Source: Chthoniobacteraceae bacterium
GTDB taxonomy: Bacteria; Verrucomicrobiota; Verrucomicrobiia; Chthoniobacterales; Chthoniobacteraceae
Reading direction: 5' to 3'
Length of the DNA stretch: 49,435 bases
Assembly: GCA_031409655.1 (NCBI GenBank)
Contig: JANNXQ010000009.1
Coordinates: 1 to 49,435 of the forward strand
Part shown: positions 39,013 through 47,346 of the stretch, piece after piece
How the letters are laid out: each line of letters opens with the position of its first letter
How positions within the stretch are numbered: the first letter of the stretch is position 1
Notes under the pieces: generated by a model
Database searches by the model: none
Told to the model about the DNA's origin: nothing
The model's input: only the letters and a program-made list of their open reading frames with translations
Position numbers and translations under genes: made by a program

Positions 39013-39990
39013 TTACTTCAGGGTCGAACGCACCGCCGCCACGATATCGTGCTCATTTGGATAATACTCCGCCTCAAGCGCGCTGCTCATCGGCGTGTGG
39101 CTGTCTGGAAGGGCGACGCGCACGGGTTTTGCCGTAAGTTTGTCACCGAGATTCTCGACGACGCTGGTAATGATCTCGCTGGCGGAACCGTAAGAGGTCC
39201 AGGTTCCATCCGCGACTACAAGACGTCGGGTTTTGAATGCAGAATCGCAGATTCTCTTTCGGTCGAGGGGCGCAATAGTGCGCGGGTCGATGACCTCAGC
39301 GCTGATGCCTTCCTTCTCCAGGGTGGCTGCCGCACGCAAGGCCATGGGCACCATCAATCCGATGGCGACGATCGTAACATCCCGGCCCTCCCGCCGGATG
39401 ACGGCCTGACCGAAGCGCACCCGGTAGGGTTGCTCCGGAACGTCATCCGTCATCGAGAAGAGACCGCGACCTTCGACGAATATCGTGGGGGTTTCACCCA
39501 GGATGCTTTCGAGCAGCAGTCCCTTGGCGTCGTAGGCAGTCGCCGGCACGGCAACCCGGATCCCAGGGATGTGGGCGAACCACGCCTGGAGGTTCTTCGA
39601 GTGCTGGGGACCTTGCCCCCAGCCCTTGCCAACGATGGTGCGAATCGTCACCGGCATGGCCGACTTCATGTCGGACTTGAAACGCCAAAGGCTAAGCCAA
39701 TTCACGATGGCATCGAGGGAGTACACCATGAAGTCGAGCCGTTGATGGCAGAGCACAGGGCGCAATCCCGTAAGAGCCGCACCCATGGCGGTAGCCGTCA
39801 TGAGGTTTTCGGAAACAGGAAAGTCCTGGACGCGTTCGGAGCCGTATTTATCCACCAGTCCGGTGGTGGTACCAAAGATCCCGGACTGAGTATCGACGAG
39901 TTGGCCGAGCACGACTACGTCCGGGCAAAGGCTCATCGCCTGGTCAGTAGCCTCCAGAATGGCTTTGGCGTAGGAAAGTTGTCGGGACAT
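39013..39990 (-). CDS. TPP-dependent dehydrogenase E1 beta / transketolase-like subunit
   Basis: DFPVSEN, GQGPQHS, EGRDVTIVA, EVIDPRTIAPLD; ATG 39990. Confidence 0.9.
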   Translation of the reverse strand: MSRQLSYAKAILEATDQAMSLCPDVVVLGQLVDTQSGIFGTTTGLVDKYGSERVQDFPVSENLMTATAMGAALTGLRPVLCHQRLDFMVYSLDAIVNWLSLWRFKSDMKSAMPVTIRTIVGKGWGQGPQHSKNLQAWFAHIPGIRVAVPATAYDAKGLLLESILGETPTIFVEGRGLFSMTDDVPEQPYRVRFGQAVIRREGRDVTIVAIGLMVPMALRAAATLEKEGISAEVIDPRTIAPLDRKRICDSAFKTRRLVVADGTWTSYGSASEIITSVVENLGDKLTAKPVRVALPDSHTPMSSALEAEYYPNEHDIVAAVRSTLK

Positions 39991-40015
39991 GAAGTGCGAG
40001 GTGGCTGACGTTGGA

Positions 40016-41137
40016 TCAATAGGGACCGAGCTTTGCCTCATCCTGATTCTGGTCAAATCTTCCTCCGTCCGCGCCGGCAATGCCGAGCAACTGGTCGGCG
40101 AGTGGCGTGGCGTCCTCGTAGTTCATTTGTCGCCAGTGGGTATCGGTCGGAAAAGGGCTCTCCTTGGCGAATTGAAAATTTGCGGCGATTTCGGACGCAA
40201 CCTCAGCTTCGAAGCCCGCTACGCAAGCGTCGTCAAGTTGCCCGCAAGAGCGGAGCTTTTCATCGAGGAGCGAGATGGGGCAGTTGTTCATCCAAAACTC
40301 CATTTCACCGGAGGCGCGATAGTTATTGGCCCCGTCGTCTTCCGGGCCGACGTGGCTGTTCCAACGATAGGTGTAGGCTTCGATGAGCGCCGGACCGTCA
40401 CCGTTTCTGAGGCGCTCAATTTCAGCACCGATCGTTCGCCAGGCGAGGACCGAGTCATTTCCAAAGATCGTGTTGGCACGCACGCCAAAGGGGCGGACGC
40501 GGGCTGAGACATTGTCCTCGGCCTGCCTCTTGAGTTGGTCGGAAAAAGTTGCGTAGCGGTTGTTCTCACAGATGAACAGGACGGGCAGTTTCTGTTTACC
40601 GGCGTAGTTCATCGCCTCCCAGAAGGCGCCCTCGTCGGTGCATCCTTCGCCAAATCCTGAGATGCTGACCTGGCGCGTCTTTCGGTGTTTGAAGCCGAAA
40701 GCGGCACCGACGGCGATACTCACGGCGCCGGAGAGAATGGCCCCGCTGAAGAAATTAGTCCCTGCATGGGAGATATCCTGTGACCCGGCCTTTCCTCCAC
40801 TCGCGCCGGTGGCTTTTCCGTAGATCTCAGCGAATAGCTCACGCAATGGGCTACCCTTCGCAAAATAGTAGCCGTGCGAGCGGTGATGACTGAAAAGATA
40901 GTCATCGGCCAGGACGTGGAGGGAGAGTGCCGCGGGTATCGCTTCCTGCCCGATGCAAAAGTGGATGGGGCAGCGCATCTCGTCCGCAGGATGATATTCC
41001 TTAACCATCGCCTCCTCCATGCGGCGCAGGCGAAGCATCTGGTGATACAGCTTGAGCAGCGTTCCAACCGGGACACCCGCGACGTCCACGTCGCAGTAGC
41101 GGCCAAGCTGCATGATTGTTCGGTGGCTTAGGTCCAT
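40016..41137 (-). CDS. TPP-dependent dehydrogenase E1 alpha subunit
   Basis: HFCIGQEA, HRSHG, FGEGCTDEG...ENN TPP motif, TYRW.SHVG; ATG 41137. Confidence 0.9.
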   Translation of the reverse strand: MDLSHRTIMQLGRYCDVDVAGVPVGTLLKLYHQMLRLRRMEEAMVKEYHPADEMRCPIHFCIGQEAIPAALSLHVLADDYLFSHHRSHGYYFAKGSPLRELFAEIYGKATGASGGKAGSQDISHAGTNFFSGAILSGAVSIAVGAAFGFKHRKTRQVSISGFGEGCTDEGAFWEAMNYAGKQKLPVLFICENNRYATFSDQLKRQAEDNVSARVRPFGVRANTIFGNDSVLAWRTIGAEIERLRNGDGPALIEAYTYRWNSHVGPEDDGANNYRASGEMEFWMNNCPISLLDEKLRSCGQLDDACVAGFEAEVASEIAANFQFAKESPFPTDTHWRQMNYEDATPLADQLLGIAGADGGRFDQNQDEAKLGPY

Positions 41138-41199
41138 GGAGAGAAAAAATCCGGGTCGGTAGAGCACCCGGCCCGGAGGTCGGTGGCAAGCTTCGCGTT

Positions 41200-41625
41200 C
41201 AACTGGCGCGAATTCCCTGACCGCGTCCAAAAGGCAACGCGGAAGGAGAAGGCCGGCAGCCAGAGTCCAAAAGCAATCCGCGGCCGATCCTTTGCCACAT
41301 TCGACGCCAATGGTGCTTTCGAAGACGGCCGAATCGAAGACCCCGCGAAAAGTCTCCGCAGGCCGGAGTTTGTCGGCTTGGAACCCAGCCCTCGCACTGG
41401 CACCGCGCCCCAGCGGCACGTCTCCGTGGCAACTTCTTGCGAAGCAACGCCGTGCCTCAAAGGTTCGCCGCCTCCCCGGCGACTTCCGATGATCACCCGC
41501 AACTCAGGTCCATTGATCGTCGAACCATCTTTGCGACGCTGAGCGAACAAGCCCCCATCGTCACGGAGCATCACGACTCCGCTCACGGAGGCGAGTTTGG
41601 CGGATGGCGCTTTATCGGAGTTCAT
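41200..41625 (-). pseudogene. Heavily decayed NUDIX hydrolase
   Basis: VSGVVMLRDDG...QRR.D...I..P.L.VI.G....GE......SQEVATET resembles a degenerate Nudix box; the C-terminal part appears in another frame. Confidence 0.45.
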
Positions 41626-41647
41626 CGAAAATGAAAGAAGGCTCTCA

Positions 41648-42550
41648 TCAGTCCAATGGCTTCGCGGCCAACCGTTGGCGCGCTTCAGCGAGGCCGGATG
41701 ACAATCGTACGGGTGTGAAGGATGGGAACGCTTTAATGCGCTCGGTGACATCGAAGTGACGATGCGAGATCGAGGAGCTGCGCGGGAGGCATTCGACTTT
41801 CACCTCGGGGCCGCAGAGCGCGGCGATCTGGTCGGCGACTTCGCGGAAGGTGACGGCGGTGCCGCTGGCGGCGTTGAGGGTGCCTTCGCTCCGATGCAGG
41901 AGGCAGAGGGTGAGCAGCCGGGTGACGTCCTCAATGCACACGTGGTCGCGCGTTTCTTCGCCGCCGCCGAAGAGGTTAATCTTGCGGTCCTTATCCGCGG
42001 TCCGGAGGAAGCGGTTCGGACCGTAGCTATTGTGGGTGTCCCCCGCTCCATAGACGGCGACAGGGCAGAAGATGCAGAGCGGGGTCTTGGTCCTGGCGGT
42101 GACGAAGGCCATGATCTGCTCCCGAGCGATGTGCATGAGACTGTAGAGGTCGGTGGGCTGGCGGGTGCTCGTTTCGCGGATGAGCGGCTCGCGTCCATCG
42201 TACACGGCGTCGGAGCTGATGTAGATGACGTGCGCACATTTCGCCGTTTCGAGGAAGGCGGCGAGGTGCTGGGCCATCGTGAGGTTTTTCATCAGGGTCG
42301 CGACGTCGCGTCCTTTGTCGGGCGTGAGGCCGGAGCAGATGACCAGGGCGTCGCCTTCGCGGATGGCGGAGTGGAGTTGCGCGACGCTCTGCGGCTGGGT
42401 CAGGTCGATCTCAGCAGAGCCGATCGCACGATGCTCGATCTGCTCGGCAGTGAGCGTGCGGACGAGATCGCGGGCGATGAAGCCGGAGGCGCCGAGGATG
42501 ATGACGCGCTCGGGCTTGACCGGAAAAGGGTGGTGATGGTGGAGGCTCAC
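41648..42550 (-). CDS. NAD-dependent epimerase/dehydratase family protein (atypical catalytic motif)
   Basis: LGASGFIA, YISSDAVY, YSLMH, YGPNRF, GEETRDH; GTG 42550 in a GTGA overlap. Confidence 0.85.
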   Translation of the reverse strand: MSLHHHHPFPVKPERVIILGASGFIARDLVRTLTAEQIEHRAIGSAEIDLTQPQSVAQLHSAIREGDALVICSGLTPDKGRDVATLMKNLTMAQHLAAFLETAKCAHVIYISSDAVYDGREPLIRETSTRQPTDLYSLMHIAREQIMAFVTARTKTPLCIFCPVAVYGAGDTHNSYGPNRFLRTADKDRKINLFGGGEETRDHVCIEDVTRLLTLCLLHRSEGTLNAASGTAVTFREVADQIAALCGPEVKVECLPRSSSISHRHFDVTERIKAFPSFTPVRLSSGLAEARQRLAAKPLD

Positions 42551-43815
42551 AATGGACTGGCTGGTGTGCCGAGTCGGTAGAGGCGCAGCCCGGCGGCCTG
42601 GCACGCAGCGGGATCAAGTGTGCGGAAGGGATCAATGACGATGTCGCCACGGAGTGCCGAACGAATACGTGGGGGGGCAACCGTGGTGAATTCCGTCCAC
42701 GAGGTCATGATGATGAGCGCGTCGGCGCCCTTGCAGGCGTCGAGGGCGGAGGCGGTCTGCTGAAGATTCGGGACGGCGCCGGGGTCGAGGCGGACCTGTG
42801 GGTCGTAGGCCGCTTTTGCGAAAGGCGCGAGCGCTCCGGCGAGCGCGAGCGCGGGGGAGTTTTTTGTGGAGTGCGTGTCTTGTTTGTAGGCGAGGCCCCA
42901 GATGGCGAGGTGGGCTCTTGGGTTCTGCGAAAGCACAAGTTCGTGGACTTTGCGCAGCGCCCAGTCGCGGCGATAGCGGATGTTGAGTTGCCACGCGGAG
43001 ACGATGCCGGCTTCGGTGCCGTGCGTGGCCGCAATCGATTGAACAGTCACGAGGTCGCGTTCCAGGTTTCCTCCGGCGATGCCGAGGCCAGGCCCCAGGT
43101 AGGCGTGCGGGCCGATGCGTTTGTCGAGGCGCAGCGCGGGTGCGATCTCCGCCCAATCGGCGCCGGTGTGCTCGCAGATTTCGGCGAGGGTGTTGGTGGT
43201 CGAGACGGTGGAGACGAGGTAGCAGTTGATCGCGATCTTCGCGAGTTCGGCGCTTTCGTAACGCATCGGCAGGACCGGGCAGGCAAAGGCGTTGAGCCAC
43301 TTTGCATAGGGCGTGGGAAGGGGCGCGGTCGGGTCGGCGCAGCCGATCATGTAACGCTCTGGCTTCAGCGCGCGCTCAACGGCGGCGCCGAAGATGAGCG
43401 TTTCGACCTGATAGTACAGCGCGCCTTTTTTCCACCCCAGCGAGCGGGTGAAACCGGGTGGCACCTGGCAGAGCACGCCTGCGGTCGCAGTGGGTGCGAG
43501 ATACGGCGCGGTGAGGTCGATCAAGTCGCGGAGCGGGCCGAGGTCGCTGCGGTTTTCGGAGTCGGTGGGAACGTCGCGCGAGTAGAAGACGACGTCACAC
43601 GCGGCGAGTTGCGCGGGGTCGCTCGTGAAACGAAGGCGCCCGCGATTCTCTGACCAGAGCGCATCGAGTCCAGGCTCGGAGACCGGCAAGCGTCCGGCGG
43701 TGAGGTCGTCGCAGAGCTGCGGGTCGGGATCGAAGCCGAGCACCTCGAAGCCCTTCGCCGCAGTGGCAGCGCTGTACACGATTCCGAGATGGGAGAGGCC
43801 GATGAAGCCGATCAT
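42547..43815 (-). CDS. UDP-glucose/GDP-mannose dehydrogenase family protein (atypical)
   Basis: EPGL, SAELAK, LDKRIG, GLAYKQDT....SP; ATG 43815. Confidence 0.85.
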   Translation of the reverse strand: MIGFIGLSHLGIVYSAATAAKGFEVLGFDPDPQLCDDLTAGRLPVSEPGLDALWSENRGRLRFTSDPAQLAACDVVFYSRDVPTDSENRSDLGPLRDLIDLTAPYLAPTATAGVLCQVPPGFTRSLGWKKGALYYQVETLIFGAAVERALKPERYMIGCADPTAPLPTPYAKWLNAFACPVLPMRYESAELAKIAINCYLVSTVSTTNTLAEICEHTGADWAEIAPALRLDKRIGPHAYLGPGLGIAGGNLERDLVTVQSIAATHGTEAGIVSAWQLNIRYRRDWALRKVHELVLSQNPRAHLAIWGLAYKQDTHSTKNSPALALAGALAPFAKAAYDPQVRLDPGAVPNLQQTASALDACKGADALIIMTSWTEFTTVAPPRIRSALRGDIVIDPFRTLDPAACQAAGLRLYRLGTPASPL

Positions 43816-44756
43816 GGAGGAGGGGCACCCTCGCCCCGTGGCACAAACTCGGGGCGGGGGCGCCCCGGCTCCTTGTCGGGCGTCGTGGCGGCGCAAGCGC
43901 GCGCGAGGCCTTCGCGCCAGGGGGTGAAGCGGAAGCCGGGGAATGCCGTGAGCGCCGCGGACGGCGCGAAAGGACGGTAACCTTCGTGCGGCATCGGGCC
44001 GGATCGGGGAGAGCCTTTCACGGCGACACGATTCGGAAATTGCGCGGCGCAAAACTCCGCGAGTTCGTGGAAGGAAGCGACGTCGCCGGAGGTCGCATTC
44101 ACGATTCCGCTGCTACGCTGCAGGACGATGCGGCACGCGAGTTCGGCGACATCTTCGACCGCCACATGATCGCGGCGTTCCTCCCCTTCGCCGAAGAGGA
44201 CGATCTCTTTCCCCTCAGCCGCGAGCCGGCGGAAGCGATTCGGGCCATAGCCATTGTGCGGATCGTCGAAGCCGTGGACGAGCGTGGGCCGGAGCAGGGC
44301 AAACGGACCGGAGTAGGCAGTGCGCAACAGCACTTCGCGAGCGAGGTGCATGACTCCGTGCAGGCTGCCCGGCTCTGCGCAAGAGGTCTCACTGAGCGGC
44401 TCAGCGCTGTCTTTGTAAACCGCGTCGGAACTGATGTAGAGAACATGCGCGACCAGGTGCTGCTGAAGCGCCGCGCAGACCGCCTCGGCCATGCGGAGAT
44501 TCTCGAGCAGCATCGCGGCGTTTTTCACCGGAGCTCTGGCGGAGACAAAGACGAGCGTGTCGTCGGGCTGGAGCATCGCGGCGAGTTGCTCACCCGCACC
44601 GGAAGCGAGCAGATCAAACGCCGGACGACCGAGCGCGAGCGTCGGCACGCCTTCCCGCTGGAGCCGCCGATGGATCGCTGCGCCGATGAATCCACCGGCG
44701 CCGAGGATCACGGCGCGGGTGGGTCGCTGCGGAGTGGTGTGCGTGTGCTCGAGCAT
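43812..44756 (-). CDS. NAD-dependent epimerase/dehydratase family protein (atypical catalytic motif)
   Basis: LGAGGFIG, YISSDAVY, HGVMH, YGPNRF, GEERRDH; paralog of 41648-42550; ATG 44756. Confidence 0.85.
   Translation of the reverse strand: MLEHTHTTPQRPTRAVILGAGGFIGAAIHRRLQREGVPTLALGRPAFDLLASGAGEQLAAMLQPDDTLVFVSARAPVKNAAMLLENLRMAEAVCAALQQHLVAHVLYISSDAVYKDSAEPLSETSCAEPGSLHGVMHLAREVLLRTAYSGPFALLRPTLVHGFDDPHNGYGPNRFRRLAAEGKEIVLFGEGEERRDHVAVEDVAELACRIVLQRSSGIVNATSGDVASFHELAEFCAAQFPNRVAVKGSPRSGPMPHEGYRPFAPSAALTAFPGFRFTPWREGLARACAATTPDKEPGRPRPEFVPRGEGAPPP
43816..43872. repeat. REP-like inverted repeat doublet inside a gene end
   Basis: 43816-43838 and 43850-43872 are reverse complements at 19/23 positions. 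Confidence 0.55.
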
Positions 44757-44760
44757 GGGT

Positions 44761-45690
44761 TCAGGATTGCGGCGCCGGCAGGCCGAGGCCGGCGCGCACG
44801 CGGTTGAAGACGTTGTTGATCCATAGGTCGTTGTCGAGGTTGTGCGTAGGCTGAGCGCAGACCTGCTTGAAGTGCGCGTATTCGGCGACCCACGTGGGAT
44901 CCGCCATTTCGAGGCGCTCACTTTCCTCCGCGGGACGGCCACTTGGAAGGACGCGCTTGCGGAGGGTGAAAATGCTCGGGCCCCATTTGCAGAGGCAATC
45001 GACGTGCGCGCTGCCTTTCTCGGCGAAGACATCGCAACGAAAAGTGTTGCGCCAGGAGAGGAGCGTCATCTCGAAGTCGAGCGCGGGCCGGCCCTCGAAG
45101 GCGAAGTGAAAATGATCGAAGGCGCGGTTTTCAAAACGATGCGCCGCGGAGACGACGGGCTCACCCGCGGGTTTGCCGAAGAGGAAGAGCGTCCAGTCCA
45201 GCAGATGCGAGCCGAGATCGGGGAAGACGCCCAGGTCCTCGTCGCGCCAGACGGAGTCGCGCACGTCGCGGGCAGTGCCGTTGCCGTAAAAGAATTTCGC
45301 GAGATAGACCTGGCCAAGAGCGCCGGAGTCGAGCACCTGCTTGAGCCGGACGATGTGCGGCTCGAAGCGATGATTGTAGGCCGTGTAGCAGACCGTGCGG
45401 TTGTGCTCGGCGAGTTTCTTGAGGCGCTCGATGGGCTCGTTCGTCGGCGCGATCACGGGCTTCTCGACGAGCAGATGTTTCCCGTGGGTCAGGAGGTATT
45501 CGAGGATCGCGATCTTCGCCCGATCCGGCGTGCAGACGAGGGCGGCGTCGTAGTCCGCGAGCGGCACGTCTTCGATGCGCTGATAGCTGGCTCCGGGAGC
45601 GACGGGATCGACCGTGGCCACGGCCTCCGGGCCGGCCACCGCGAGGCGCTTGCGACCCTGGATGCCCAGGCCGACGACGACGACTCTCAT
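44761..45690 (-). CDS. Gfo/Idh/MocA family oxidoreductase
   Basis: VGLGIQG, LVEKP, YNHRFEP, DLGSHLLD. Confidence 0.9.
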   Translation of the reverse strand: MRVVVVGLGIQGRKRLAVAGPEAVATVDPVAPGASYQRIEDVPLADYDAALVCTPDRAKIAILEYLLTHGKHLLVEKPVIAPTNEPIERLKKLAEHNRTVCYTAYNHRFEPHIVRLKQVLDSGALGQVYLAKFFYGNGTARDVRDSVWRDEDLGVFPDLGSHLLDWTLFLFGKPAGEPVVSAAHRFENRAFDHFHFAFEGRPALDFEMTLLSWRNTFRCDVFAEKGSAHVDCLCKWGPSIFTLRKRVLPSGRPAEESERLEMADPTWVAEYAHFKQVCAQPTHNLDNDLWINNVFNRVRAGLGLPAPQS

Positions 45691-47237
45691 TCGAAGCGCG
45701 ACCGCTTTTCCAGCGCGTTCAGCTTCTTGAGGAGCACCTCGGGGGCGACTGGATTATTACCGTCCTGCTCGCAGGCGACGGCCGCCGCGAGCGAGCCAAG
45801 GATGGAACCGATGACGTCCGAACCCGTGGCGACGAGGGAGAGGGTGGCGTAGGAGAGCAGGGCGTCCCCGGAGCCGACGGCATCGACGACTTTGTCCGCA
45901 AAGCTGTCGATGGTGAAGAAGGAACGCACCGCCGGGCTGGGGGCGCGATAGGTGATGATGCCGCGCTCGCCGAGTTTCAGGATGAGCAGCTTGCAGCGCG
46001 CCTTTTTGTAAAGGTCGAGCGCGAGCGGGCGGATGGTGCTGTCCTGATCGCCGAGGGCGAAGCGGGCCTCGCGTTCGTTCGGCGTGAGCAGATCAAAATC
46101 TTCGAACTCGAGAATATTACCCCAGCGATTCGAGACCTGGCTATCGGCGACGCGCAAGACCCCTTTTGGCACGGCGCCGGCGAGCTGCGGGATGGTGGAT
46201 TTATTGAAGATGCCGTGGCGAAAATCGCTAAAGACCACGGCATCGACCTGATGCGCGGCAAGCTGCGTCTTGAGCGTATTCACGATCGCCTCGGAGATCG
46301 GGCGGTTGTCGAGCTTGTCCACCTTCAGCATCCGATAGCCATTCGTGATGAAGGCATTCTTCTGGGTGGTGGGCCGCGTGTGATCGATGACGGCGTGACA
46401 CTCGATGCCCGCGGCGCGCAAATCATCGAGGACGAAATCCTTGAGGGCATCATCGCCGAGCACCGTGGAAAAGACGACCTTCGCGCCGGCCATTTGCAGG
46501 TGCTTCGCGACGACGCCAGCGCCGCCGACGAAGTCCTGTTGCCGCTCGTACTTCACGCTGAAGGTCGGCGTCTTCGCGGTGCCTCCGATGAGCGAGCAGT
46601 AGGTGTAGGAATCGACAATCGTGTCGCCGATGACATGGACCTTCACGCCCTCAAACTTTTTCAACGCCGCGCGGAGATCGTCAAAGCCAAGCGACTCGGA
46701 ATCAAGCAGCGCGAGCAGCTTATCCACGGAGAGATTCGGCGGCGTGCTCTCGATGATCGCCGAGGACGAAAGCACGAGATCGCCAGGCGTGAACATGATC
46801 TCGCCGCCGTAGCTCTCGATGGCGTCCATCTCCTCGCGGGTTTTCGGATGCATCCCCTGCGCGTTGTACTCGTAACCCTTCGCAAAGAAGTCTGGCTGGA
46901 TGAGCTTCAGGTTTTCGATCGGTGTCGGGTTTTCGTCGATGATCACGAAATCGACGCACTCGAGCGCCGCGAGATTCATGGCGCGCAAATCCTGCGGCAC
47001 GAAGGGTCGGAAATTCGCCTTATTGATGTGCGAATCGGAGGTGAGGCTCGCGATGAGCAAGTCAGCCTTGCTCTTCGCATAGAGCAGATGGCGGATATGG
47101 CCCGGATGCACGAGGTCGAAGGTGCCGTGGCACATTATCGCCTTCTTCTTGCGCGGCCGGTCGCCGAGCGCGTCGCGGAGTTGTTCTCGGGTTTTGATTT
47201 TCCGGCGGAAATCCTGGGGGGTGGAGTCGGTGCTCAT
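45687..47237 (-). CDS. HldE-like bifunctional enzyme: N-terminal nucleotidyltransferase plus C-terminal PfkB kinase
   Basis: HGTFDLVHPGH, SSS; VIGDTIVD, FSDF..G, TPNEREA, DAVGSGD; ATG 47237. Confidence 0.9.
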   Translation of the reverse strand: MSTDSTPQDFRRKIKTREQLRDALGDRPRKKKAIMCHGTFDLVHPGHIRHLLYAKSKADLLIASLTSDSHINKANFRPFVPQDLRAMNLAALECVDFVIIDENPTPIENLKLIQPDFFAKGYEYNAQGMHPKTREEMDAIESYGGEIMFTPGDLVLSSSAIIESTPPNLSVDKLLALLDSESLGFDDLRAALKKFEGVKVHVIGDTIVDSYTYCSLIGGTAKTPTFSVKYERQQDFVGGAGVVAKHLQMAGAKVVFSTVLGDDALKDFVLDDLRAAGIECHAVIDHTRPTTQKNAFITNGYRMLKVDKLDNRPISEAIVNTLKTQLAAHQVDAVVFSDFRHGIFNKSTIPQLAGAVPKGVLRVADSQVSNRWGNILEFEDFDLLTPNEREARFALGDQDSTIRPLALDLYKKARCKLLILKLGERGIITYRAPSPAVRSFFTIDSFADKVVDAVGSGDALLSYATLSLVATGSDVIGSILGSLAAAVACEQDGNNPVAPEVLLKKLNALEKRSRFE

Positions 47238-47252
47238 GCGGGAGACAGAAGA

Positions 47253-47290
47253 AAACTCCAAACTCCAAACTCCAAACTCCAAACTCCAAA
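47253..47290. repeat. Heptamer tandem repeat (AAACTCC)x5
   Basis: Five perfect copies at 47253-47287 plus AAA, followed by a partial inverted copy TGGAGCTT; intergenic. Confidence 0.95.
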
Positions 47291-47346
47291 TGGAGCTTGC
47301 GAGCGTGCGCCAGCCGTTTTGGGTTTCGCGTTCAATTTCGTGGGAA

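Noticed and set aside
42671..42677. G7 tract (and the A8 tract at 31502-31509) as phase-variation switches
   Set aside because: Short, in frame and explained by Pro/Phe codons; no evidence of variation.
47253..47290. CRISPR array
   Set aside because: Simple 7-bp tandem repeat with no spacers and no cas genes.
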